The notes under the pieces are model-generated. The model saw nothing but the letters and a program-made list of their open reading frames with translations. It did no database searches and was not told the origin of the DNA. This document shows, in pieces, positions 26,201 to 36,997 of a stretch of DNA of 64,000 bases. The translations under genes were made by a program, and so were the position numbers. Location of the stretch: positions 301,737 through 365,736 of the forward strand of contig WELB01000029.1 of assembly GCA_009602725.1 (NCBI GenBank). Direction: 5' to 3'. Every line of letters starts with the position of its first letter. The stretch's first letter is position 1. The stretch is from Spirogloea muscicola (taxonomy: Eukaryota).

Positions 26201-26862
26201 TGACAGCCACTGCCTAACATTGGAAGAGAGTGGCTCTCCCACTGAAAGAGCTATGCATAAATTCAGAAGTAGCAGCCAAAGCGCGTCCTGCCCGTAAGTG
26301 CACTGCGTGAGCTTGCAACCACAGGCGGTAGCTGTGAGAGGCCAGACAGAGAGAGAGAGAAGGCGCAGTGCATATGAAACGAAAGGGAGGCCAAGTTCAA
26401 GCCAATACATTGTTCAGGCAGAAACCAGTGCAAAATTTTATGGCCACATGAAAGGCCTATGCTAAGTTGGCGAAGGTAACAATGTGACAGTAGTACCCAC
26501 GGGTGAGCACACACAGATCGACAAGCTGACTTGGGGAGCCGGAGCGCCGCGCGCCAGACAGGAGGAACGAAGCTCTTCTAAGAAAAGTCAGCTGATCCAA
26601 AGGGGCGAGCGCTGTGAAAGCCAGCCCGGCAAAAAGGGACAAGTACAAAGGGGCCGGGAAGGACATCAACTAACAAGGATATTAGAAGGATGCCAAGCCG
26701 AGCCAATACACCATTGCTCAAGCAAGAGGAGCGAAAGCATGAGATGAAAGTGAGGCCCTTGCAATCAAACACACTTTTCATGCAAAAGCTAGGGATCGCA
26801 GAGAGTGTGGCATTGGGAAGTGCCGCCGCTAGCAGCCCGTTGCAAGGCAGCGACCCACTGCC

Positions 26863-26940
26863 CAGGGGGTGGGGTGTGGGGTTAGGGTTTAGGGTTTAAG
26901 AAAATTGGGTTTAGGGTTAAAAGGGTTAGGGTTTAGGGGG
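26863..26940 (+). repeat. Degenerate telomeric tract between two copies of a ~110-120-bp duplicated segment
   Basis: ggggttagggtttagggtttaagaaaattgggtttagggttaaaagggttagggtttagggg flanked by near-identical 26741-26863 and 26940-27049. Confidence 0.9.
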
Positions 26941-29209
26941 AGATGAAAGTGAGGCCCATTCAATCAGACACAGCTAGGGATCGCAGAGAGTGAGGCGTTG
27001 GGAAGTGCCGCCGCTAGCAGCCCGTTGCAAGTCAGCGACCCACTGCCCACGCACCGGTGGCACACCAGATTGGCAGCGTGGATGGTGCGCAACGAGCGGC
27101 GGCGTGGATGCTGTTGCTTTGCTGTGAATGCACGGGTATGGTGGCAAGCGACGATTAGCCAAGTTAAGCAACCTTGCTCAGTATGGCCAAGAGAGAGAAG
27201 GTGGTGCACGTGAAGTGGAAAGGAAGGCCAAGCACAGACGACTTGAAAGGCAAAAGGAAGTGCAAACATCGAGGACGAGATAAAGCGAAGCGTTACGCTG
27301 TAAGATGCCAAGGAAGCCGAAGTAAAAGCACAACGGGAGGAGGGCTTTGATCTTCGTTCTTTAGCATTCACGAGTGAGCAAAACAAATTTAGTACAGGCT
27401 TATCTGAAGAGCTGCCACAGAAGCCAGTGGCCTGGCTTAGGCGTGCCAAGTACGCTGATGGAGGGCCAAGGCCTGCAAGCAATGCGGGCTCAGCGAGAGC
27501 CGGCGGCGGGTGTGCTTCACTTGACCCATCTGCTCCTGGGCAATGACACAAGAGCCTGCAAGAAGAAGTGCTCGCCCATAGAGAAGAGGGGCTGGCAAAG
27601 CCGGCCCTAAAAAGAATGGACAATGTCCAAAGCCAAAGATGGAGGAGCGGGAAAAAGGAACTACACTACAAAACACTGCAAAACACGTAGATGATGCAGA
27701 GGGAAGCTCAGTACCCACGAGTGAGCAACGAGGGCTGCCCGGGAGATGTGGGAGTAAGCGAATGTGTTAACTAGCAAATCATTATCTGGAATTACCTCGA
27801 CACCCTTCACGCACCGCTTGGACCAATCTAGCTGGCATCGAAAGAAGTGCTTTCCCTGACAGTGCTGTCATCAGAAGAGGCCATCCCAACAATGACTATT
27901 GCAATTATGCAATGCACAAGTAGTTAGGCTTTTAGGAGCTCAGCATATTGCTAAGCCGAGACTCCGTAGTAAATGATCAGCAACGCATGCTCGCACATCT
28001 TCTGCTGTTGATGGGCTGTGGATGCTACTCCGTATAGGCTGGTGGTGTTAGCGAGCTGCTGAGCTTCTTCTCCCGGTGCTGCTTGCCCCACTTTGCCCGT
28101 TCCTTCTGCATTAAGGGTTCTTCCTTCTCTTGGCAGCGCTCCAAAGCTCTGGCTTTTCATCAGCGTGCTGGACGCGCTCTAAGTCACTTTTTTGGGCTGG
28201 CCTTTTCCAGCCCCTATCCTCTATGGGCGAGCCCTTCTTCTTCTGAGTCAAGACCGGCTTCCGTGGCGGCGCTCCGGCTCCCCAAGTTAGCCTGATTTCC
28301 ATGTGCTCACCCGTGGGTACTACGTCATACTGATACCTTAGCCACCTTAGCTTAGATTTCATGTAGCCCCACTTTTTGCACTAGCTTTTGCCTGTAACGA
28401 CATAGTGGCCTGCTTTGCCACCCTTTCATTTCACGCGCAGAGCGCGCGCCTTCTCTCCCTCCTGTTCGTTTACTCGTTCTCGCTAATACAGAGAAAGGCG
28501 CGCGGAGTGCATGAAATGAAAGGGAGGCCAAATCAAGCCAAGACAGAGAGAGAAGGCGCGCGCTGCGCATGAAATTGAAAGGGAGGCCAATTCTAGCCTT
28601 ACAAATGACCTATTAATTGGGTAATGAGCTGGCTAAGGGGGACACTAATATCCCCGAGTGAGCACATGCATATCTGACAAGCTAAGCTGAGGCGCCAAAC
28701 CACCACCCCGGAAGCCATTAGCCTGTTCTGTGCTAATGCACGACCAGCACGCTGGTGTATCGCGAGTGCCTGGGAGCAAATACAGCGTTCAGGCACGCTG
28801 ACAACACGACGGACGAGTGAGACGTAAAGACACTGCCAACTCACCGTCTTCAAAGAAGCAGCTCTTCCAACGTAACAGCAAATGCGAGGCCAACCCATTA
28901 GGAATGTCTTCAAAGGCACCCAGTGTTTGAAGCTGACGCCCACGGTCCGTAGGATGGATCCGACGGCTGTCATCGTGCGGAAGCTCAGATCGGGCGGCTG
29001 CGGTCGGGCGAGCGTATCCGGGGGCGCGGCGCGGGCGATCCGGCGCGCCCAATGGGCTCCCCCGCCGGGACGGCGGGGTCATCCCCTCCACCTCCCCCCC
29101 TCCTCCCCCCCTCCCCCCCCTCCTCCCTCCTGAGCNNNNNNNNNNNNNNNNNNNNNNNNNNNNNNNNNNNNNNNNNNNNNNNNNNNNNNNNNNNNNNNNN
29201 NNNNNNNNN

Positions 29210-30461
29210 GCCGCGGCCGCCTCGCGCGGGCCGCGTCCGCCACGCCCGCCGCCGCCCCCCGCGCTGGCGCCCTGGTTGTCAGAGCCGAGAAGGGCCAGTG
29301 GCTCCCGGGCCTCGCTTCCCCGGCTTATCTGGACGGCAGGTCGGTCTGCGCCGCCTGCAGTGCATTGCCAGCAGGGCGGTCTGCGCCGCCTGCAGTGCAT
29401 TGCCGGAGGGAGGCTTCAGACCTCGGCCACTCGTGCGCGAAATCATGACGAGGGACTGGGTGTGCTCGTGAAAGCTTCGCATTATAGAAAGGCGCAGCAC
29501 GATTCGTGACGGCCGCATTATACAATGTCAGCAAGCTGCTCACATGAATCCTACATTTGCTGCGCCCAGTCTGGCCGGTGACAACGGCTTCGACCCCCTG
29601 TCTCTCGGCGAGGACCCCGAGAACCTTAAGTGGTTCGTCCAGGCGGAGCTCCAGAATGGCCGCTGGGCCATGCTTGGAGTGGCCGGCATCCTGATCCCCG
29701 AGGTCCTGACCAAGATCGGTATCCTCAATGTGCCGCTCTGGTATGACGCCGGTGCCGCCGAGTACTTCGCTCCATCCTCCACCCTCTTCATCATTGAGTT
29801 CCTCCTCTTCCACTACGTGGAGGTCCGAAGATGGCAAGACATTCGCTTCCCAGGAAGCGTCAATGAGGACCCCATCTTCAAGGGCCAGAAGCTGCCTCCC
29901 AATGAGGTCGGATACCCTGGTGGCATCTTCAACCCTCTTGGGTTTGCGCCCTCCTTGGAGGCAATGGAGAAGGAGCTTGCCAATGGTGGGTCCACTTGAC
30001 CTGGACCTGGCAGTATGTATGACTTGTCTTAGCGACTGTCCCAGGTCACAGAGGGACGTCACAGCTGCCTTAGCTCCTCGCTCGCCTTTGACCGAGCAGG
30101 TTTTACATGTCAAATGTTGGTCTGCGTGGTATATCATGATGGATCCCGGGTTTCAGCTAAGCCCAGCAATGACATGAGCTTGTCTGTGGGAGCGCTTTGT
30201 TAGACTGACAAGCACAGGAGCTCAAGGATGCTGTCTTAGTTATGCGATGGATGATGAGAACAACCCTCCAGGAGCTCACTGTTGTTCTGTCTGATTGCAG
30301 GCCGCCTGGCCATGGTTGCATTCTTCGGCTTTATCGTCCAGTCCCGCATCACTGGAGATGGCCCTTATGCCAACCTTCTCCAGCATCTGTCTGACCCGTG
30401 GCACAACACAGTTTTCCAGAGCTTGGCAAACTTCTTTGCTACCAGGACCATTGAGACCTAG
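29210..30461 (+). CDS. LHCA4: Photosystem I light-harvesting chlorophyll a/b protein Lhca4 (start in gap 29136-29209)
   Basis: [63 protein letters not shown]...[40 protein letters not shown]...[39 protein letters not shown]...[13 protein letters not shown]...IET*. Closely resembles land-plant Lhca4 as recalled, including Asn in the AELxNGRWAM motif. Confidence 0.9.
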
Positions 30462-30695
30462 AGACCACCTCCCTGATCCTGTAAATTGACTCAGCTTTAT
30501 CTCATAACATGACACTCTCCTCCTCCAACCTTTTACTGTACTTAGGGGGTGGTGGCCTTACAGAATTCTGAGTGAGTACTGCATCTGGTCCTTGAAGAAG
30601 GCTGACTTGAGCTTTTCCATGAATGGTACCATAAATGTGTCAGGGATGCCTTGAAGATGTAGTGGCTGATGAGCCAGGCAGGTCCTATCTCTTGT

Positions 30696-31796
30696 TTACT
30701 TTCTAGCGTCTAAAGGAGCCAGCTGTCGTGCAACTTCGGCCCACATGTGCACTCTGTCAATACAAGCAGCTTCTTCTGTGCAGCTTGTTCTTCTATCGCT
30801 TGAGGTATCAATGGCATTGCCATCAAGTTGTTCACTCAGCAGCCTATGCCAAAGTACATCGCCTTGCTCTGTACATGCTGTTGAGAGGTGGTCTATGCCG
30901 GGCAGCTGGCAGGAAGGAAGGCCTGCTGTTGCTACTTGTCCTGTCTTTCCTTGAGCTGTGAGGTCATTGGGCCCACGGTCGCTGAGGAAGCCGAGAATGG
31001 CCCCTTTACTTGCCAGATCATCAAGTGTCACATGTCCAGCATCAAGGCTCTCTTGAGGCGTGAATGTCCACCCCTTATCCTGCAGTGAGTAAGTTAGATG
31101 CTTGTCATTTGCATGCTGCCGCATTAATAGAACATTGTGGCCTACCATTGACTTCGACCTTTAGCTGTCGTGCTTGCCTGAGTTGCCCTGTTCACAGCCT
31201 GGTCTTCTGGGCTTGCATTATGTTGGTTATCATGAGGTACAGCATGGTGCCTTTCAATCCGTGCCAGCATCAGCTGATTCCGAAGGGCATGAGCATCCCT
31301 GAGAAACAAGGCAGGCCCACGTCTTCAGCTTATTGACGATAATGATTGTGCAGAACCGAGAGGCCACACAAGCTGCTGGATTGAGGAACCTATCAGGTCT
31401 TGTACATGCGCTTCAGTAGCCTGCTTTCGACTCCGCTGATATCTTGCTTAATGACAGCAGCATAATGATCCATGAGCTCAGCCGCGCGGTCATTCGCCTT
31501 TGCCCGCATGCGGGCCAGATGCTTCGCCAGCGTCTTGATGCCCCTGCAGCCAAGCCGTCATTCGCCTAGTTAACACCTCCTCGTCGAGCTTGACAGCTTT
31601 CGCGGACATGAGGTCATGAGCAACCGGTCAGGACGATGGCGGCATGATGGCGGTGGAGACAGTGTAGGAGAGCGCCGGCCTGCCGGTCACGAGCTCGTCG
31701 ACTGACAGGCCGCCCTCGGCGCCCCGGGCCGTGGGGGACAGCATGGAGAAGTCGACGTCGTCCGGCTCGCTCGCCGCCGCCTCGCCGCGCCGCATG
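30696..31796 (-). CDS. Hypothetical protein, multi-exon
   Basis: GC-rich first segment MRRGEAAASEPDDVDFSMLSPTARG..., then AG-bounded exons GIKTLAKHLARMRAKANDRAAELMDHY...LLKRM | DAHALRNQLMLARIERH.... The first donor and the last-exon frame are uncertain, and no family was recognised. Confidence 0.4.
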
Positions 31797-32039
31797 GCGC
31801 GGCGCGGCGGCGGCGCTGGGAGGTGCCGGCTCCTCCGGCCAGGTCCCGGCGCACTTACGACGGCCGGGAAGATTTGATCTAGTTGCAGGCGGCCCAGCCA
31901 GGGCCCGAGCCAGGGGGTAGATTTCGTGGATTTGAAATAATCGAACTGCAGGGCGACGGCGCGGCGACGGCGATCGGGGCGTGAGGATTGGTCGGCGACT
32001 ACGAGCGACACTGTGCGACCGGACCCTCCCACCGCCAAG

Positions 32040-33660
32040 TACTTTTCTTTCCAGAACCACACGCTTTTCTGGCCCCTTCGAATCCTTGTCCATACTTTCT
32101 TCTGGGCTGGCAAATCACAGCCATCGCCCTCTTCTGGAAGCATAGCCTTCGCAGAAAATGCTCATCCTAAGGAAGCGAGGGCTGTGGAAAAAGAAAGTGG
32201 CTCTCCCAATGGGGGCAAGGGCTGAGAAAAGCCAGCCCGAAAAGAATTGACGAAGGTTTGAAGGGGCCAAATGACGGAGGGTGTGGAAAGCCGGCCCGGA
32301 ATGGATTGACAAGGTCCGAAGGGACCGCAAAAGAAGTAAGTGGCTCTCCCAATGGGGGCAAGGGCTGTCTAAAGGGCTGTTTTCAGCCCCTACCCTCAAT
32401 GGGCGAGCCCTTCTCTCTGTCTAAAGCCAGCCCGAAAAGAATTGACGACGGGTCGAAGAGGCCACAGTGACGGAGGGGCCTGAAGATGCTATGACAGAAC
32501 CGGTGGAGGATGGAACAATCAGTAGCTACGAGTGAGCCGAAAAGTGCTGAGGAACAGCTAAGCAAGTACCATATAGGATGATCACTTCGTCGCCTCTAAT
32601 CAGCAGCCACAAGTCAGAAACAGTAGCCGCCGGAAAGCAGTCCCCTTGACGGAAGCCAGAGGCTGCAGCTAGAGGACGGCCTTGAAGGTCCTTTCTCTCC
32701 TGAAAAGCGAGCTCGCTTCTCTTGTAGCCATCGCCACTTTTGATATGCGAAAGCTCCTCCAAAAGAACGAAGTAGCACTTCCAAAGAGGGCGAAGGTTGC
32801 AGGGAAAGAGATTCAGCTCTTCCGAAGGGGGCGAGAACTGTGATAGAAACAGCTTCGATGTAATGCAATGGCTGTGAGAGGCCAGCCCAAAGGAATGAGC
32901 AAGGTCTGAAAGGGCTGGAAGCAGCAAGGACCACGAATTCATCCTCGGCATAATACAGCGATGGCTGTCAAGTAGTAAGCTATCCAAGGCGGCGAGGGCT
33001 GTGAAAAGCCAGCCCAAAAAGAATGGTCGAAGTCTGAGGGGGCCAGAAGCGCTGAAATAGACGACTATGCAAGTACCACAAAAGAAATCACTAGGTAAAA
33101 CCCTAGTAAGCAGATATATGTCCAAAAGACTAGCCGCCGGCAAGCAGCCCCGTGTTATCAGCCAGAAGAAGGGCCCGCCCATTGAGGATGGGGGCTGGGA
33201 AATGCCAGCCTAAAAAACAATGAACAAAGGACGAGAAGGGGGCCAGGGAAAGCACTAAGAAAAACAAGCACAGAAAGAAAGTAAGCAGCTACGAAGCACT
33301 CAGTAACCCCTGCTAAGCAGCCAGAGACGGCAGCTAGAGCACAGCCAGGTCGCAGATGCAAGGCGTGGGCCAGCCCAGGAGGAATAAGGTCCAGAAAAAC
33401 GGGAAAGGTAGAGATCAAGAGGCAGTGAAGGGCCTAAAAAGCAGAATGAGATTGAATGATACTCAGAGGGGAGGATAGTGCTTCTCAAAGGGGGCGATGG
33501 TTGTGAAAGGCCAGCCTAAAGAGGAAGGCGCACGGTGCGCATGAAATTTAAAGGGCCGGCCAAGATAAGCCAATTCACTGTTTGGGCAAACGCTAGTGCA
33601 AATAGAGGGGCTACTGAAGGAAGAATGAGTGGGCTCTTCGTATATTTGAAGCAAACCGCG
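32040..33660. mobile_element. Second mosaic repeat island (dense ~75-bp hairpin repeats plus RLE tail fragments)
   Basis: Repeated aaagtggctctcccaatgggggcaagggctg..aaagccagcccgaaaagaattgacgaagg (32193-32270, 32336-32370, 32420-32465 and others). Minus-strand tails GRPLAAASGFRQG...LWLLIRG (32585-32690), WLITRG (about 33160) and LWLLSRGY* (33300-33380). Confidence 0.75.
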
Positions 33661-33728
33661 AAGGCCGTGAAGGTCAGCCCGTCTGACGAGTGGGTCTACA
33701 CGTAAGATCCACAGCGACATCCCCAGCC

Positions 33729-36279
33729 ATGGCGCCTCGGCGCCGCGCGGCCGCCGGCGTGGTGGCGCTCGCGGCGGCGCTCTGCCTCGCAGCCGCCGCC
33801 GGCGGCGCGCTGGCCAAGCCGCGCAAGGGCGCCGTGGCGTGGAAGGAGGACGTGCCCTTCATCCGCTGCGCCGTCTGCGAGGAGCTCGCCAAGAGCCTGC
33901 ACCGCCAGGTCAAGCGGCGGCGCGACGAGGCGGCGCCGCGCAAGGTGAGCAAGGCGACTCAAACACTGCCGTCGAGATTTGGACTTTGGAATATATCTGG
34001 CTTAGTGGGAGCCAGGTGCTCAGCAGGCGAGGTTGCTGAAGGATCGGAAGCAGCCGGCTTCCTGGCGCTTCCACCAGGGCCGTTTTGACGGTTTAGGGTT
34101 TATAAACCTGAACCCAAACCCTAAACAGCATAAATCGAGTCTGACAAGGCCGCATTTCCCCAGCGAGACCGCCTGTTATCGCATTAAATAGGGGTGTGAG
34201 AAGTAGATTTGGGGTTTGAACCAACATCTGTAGGACGAGGGTAAGGAGAAATGCAGCAAGAGGTTTAGCAAAAATAGCCACAGCTTCAGAAACTTGAAGA
34301 GATTGATATAGGCTTCTAGCACTTGGGACGTTGAGGGCGTTCCAATGGGTTGCCTTGGAGCTGAGTACTTGCGCGACGCTAGCCATGCATCATCACTTGT
34401 ACACAGCCTTCATGGACTGTGAATTGTGGATTGTGTGAGACTTCTCTGAAGCTGGCGTCCACATTGAGTCTGACCTGATGCTCCGGCTCGACCTCGTTAA
34501 AATGTTCATAAGTGATGGTTTATGCCCATGCTCGAGTTGGCAGCTAAGTGAGTTCCAGATTATTGAGCTCACGGAGAAGATATGCAATCCAAGTCGGGAT
34601 GAGGGCGAATGGATCACGATGCTGGACATCGTCCAAGTGGGTGATCAACTCAAGGTGAAGCACTTGCTCTAGCCTGCTAGAGAGGTACATGTCAGTAGCT
34701 GCAGAGCTTCATGGTACTACGGCTACGAACAGGTTTTGGCATTAAAGACAAGCTTGGAATTGCAGTGTGCGCTTGCTCAACCTGTTCATGGATGCGTCTG
34801 CAGCTTGTGCAACAAGATACAGCTGGGAACTGCAACTCTGAATGCAAGACGATTCAGCGGGCCTGCGAGGAGGTAATGAAGATGCAAGCAATACATCTGT
34901 ATCTATCATATTCGCGTGTCACGTTCTCCTGCCATTTGTTGACTACTGTCATGCAAGTATAGGAAGTCTTCGCAGCTTCGGAGCCTGCTTCAGATCTGAG
35001 CATAAAAGCTGCACATCTTCTTGACAGTCTTATGTTGCTACCAGCAGCCAACTCACAAGCCACGAGCTGACTTGCATGCAGGTGATGGGCGAGCATGATA
35101 CAGATGTTGCAGAGCTCCTATATGCTGACAGTAATAGATCAGTTCTGTCCAAGCTTCTGTGCAAGGACCTCAGTGGAGCGTGCAAAGGTCCCGTTCCACA
35201 GGTTCCCAAGGTACCTTCCAGACCTTACGTGAGAAAGTGGGGTGTAGTACAGCTTCAGTCTTGAGAAGATGCAAGCCGCGCTCTGGCTTTTTGGTGCTCT
35301 CAGTTACTGAGTATTATTTCTCAAAGCGTGACTTTGCATGATTGTGCACAACTCGAGGATGTGTAAGATGAGTAAGATTCAAACAGTGTCGGGAAGACTG
35401 CAGGGAAGGACCCGCAATGAGGAGTTCTCTAAGATGGAGGCCAAGGAAGCTGAGATGGAGAGATTGATGAGATCGATGGGTGTAAGCACAATCAGCACAA
35501 TCTCGGCATTATCCACCTGTCGCTTCGCCTACCTGATGATCTATTTGCTACTCAAGGGGACAGAAGCGTGTCAGAATGGGTAGTGCTGCATTTGGTGCTC
35601 CATTAGCTTCAAGCTTGAGTGACTACTTTGACCTTATCGACTTCATGTGATACACTGACTATGATAGACCAATCTTGCAGGACATGCCGGGTGCTCCGAA
35701 GATGAAGATGTATTCGCGGGACGACCTCATGAACGGAGGCCTAGATGCCATGAGCGGCGCAAGTGACGACGATGACGAGGAGGACGAGGACGATGATAGG
35801 AGTCGACCACCTATCACTGTGCGCTTCTTTCACTCATCAGAAGGGGCATCACCGGAGTTGATGAAAGCCGCTGTCTACTGCCTGCTTGTGTGAGAGGAGT
35901 CAGGCATTGTGCTTCGTCCATGTGCCAGTGTTTGCTTGAGTTGGATCCGCTTTCAGACCACCTACTGCTGGCTATTTAATTGACGTGGTTTATCTTCACA
36001 TTGTTCCCTTACATTGTGCAGATTAAGCAGCAGACACAAAGCCCAGCTGCTCACTCGCAGAGCGCCAGTGATGGGGTCAAGGCAGGTGGTACTACTCCTG
36101 CGAAAGGCTTTGTCGAGCAGGTGCAAGGGCATGCACAGCAGCTCAGGAGCAGGCTCTTGGCTGGTGGCCAGCAGCTGTTAGACTCGGCCAGGGAAGGAGC
36201 GAGCGTGGCCGCCAAGTACATCAGCAGCCTGTGGCCAAGCAGTGGTGGTCAGGGCAGTACAAACACGGGCGAACTATGA
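33729..36279 (+). CDS. Canopy/saposin-like (DUF3456-type) ER protein with signal peptide; resembles Arabidopsis SES1
   Basis: Signal peptide MAPRRRAAAGVVALAAALCLAAAAGGALA, then EDVPFIRCAVCEELAK|LSEFQIIELTEKICNP...GEWITMLDIV|GNCNSECKTIQRACEE|VMGEHDTDVAELLY...LCKDLSGAC|KEAEMERLMRSMG|DMPGAPKMKMYSRDDL; C-terminus TGEL* (possibly an ER-retention variant). Confidence 0.85.
34092..34126. repeat. Head-to-head telomeric motifs in the first intron of the canopy-like gene
   Basis: tttagggtttataaacctgaacccaaaccctaaac. Confidence 0.7.
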
Positions 36280-36997
36280 GCAGAACTGATCTTGTACACA
36301 CCGACATGAATCCTGATACACTGCTCTGTAGTTGCACTGTAGCAGGCACTTAGCGAGAGCGATGACAATCCTTTACTGCCAGCTTTTGGCCACAATGTTT
36401 GACATGAGAGGCAGGTGCATTGCCTGCTGTTTGTAGTCGAAATAGAATTTTGTTGAGGCTTCCCAAGGGCTCTGAGCATTTGCTACATACAGGCAACTCT
36501 GGACCCGGTTTCCCTTGCCTCTGATGCAGCACTGACTCTGACACGGATTCTGCTCTGGAGGTTGGTGAGCGGCACTCCTGTATCAGCTCGCAGGAGCATG
36601 CTGCTTCAGTAAGCCGGACTCGAGCGGGTATGTCCGCAAGTAGCTTGAGCTAACTTCTTGTGCAGCTCTGCCTTGCACCACTGTGCCTCACACAGCAAAA
36701 CACGGTGCTTGCTCAAAGGGGTTGATCGAGCTCACTCAAGCACGCTCTCTTCCTCCTTCCATAGCTGGAATCCCATCACGCACGCTCACCCACACTCTCC
36801 TCCTCTTTTAATTGCTGAAAGCGCAAATGAAAGCCCATGTTGAAGCTTTAAGCGCAGGAATGTAAGCAGAGAGGATGCATGCAAGTGAGAGTGCGCACCT
36901 ACAGAGCCCACGGTATAAGATGAGGTGCAAGTTCAGCAACAGCATGTTGATCCAAAGATTGCTTATCTGGTCTCTGAGTAATAGGGCAGGAATGACC

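Larger units (their letters stand above)
25108..28800. mobile_element. Mosaic repeat island: RLE-retrotransposon 3' tails, ~75-bp hairpin repeats, three ~120-bp repeats and a telomeric tract
   Basis: Tails ending in (L/V)LTRGY/LLTRNY at 25108-25155(+), 26484-26560(-), 27366-27500(-), 27706-27745(-), 28100-28325(+) and 28645-28800(-). GCCAGCCC repeats at 25223-25300, 25338-25385, 25836-25935, 26580-26660, 27562-27636 and 28185-28240. Confidence 0.75.

Noticed and set aside
29342..29405. Two-copy ~35-bp tandem repeat at the Lhca4 intron 1 donor; similar short doublets at 8259-8290, 20773-20805 and 48088-48120
   Set aside because: Ordinary local slippage duplications with no further structure.
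29325..30137. 270-aa minus-strand ORF
   Set aside because: Antisense shadow of the Lhca4 exon, caused by strong codon bias.
32526..33182. 218-aa minus-strand ORF
   Set aside because: A patchwork of hairpin repeats and RLE tail fragments rather than a coherent protein.
32040..33560. CRISPR-like repeat/spacer array
   Set aside because: Repeats are long, degenerate and irregularly spaced, no cas genes are present, and the DNA is eukaryotic.
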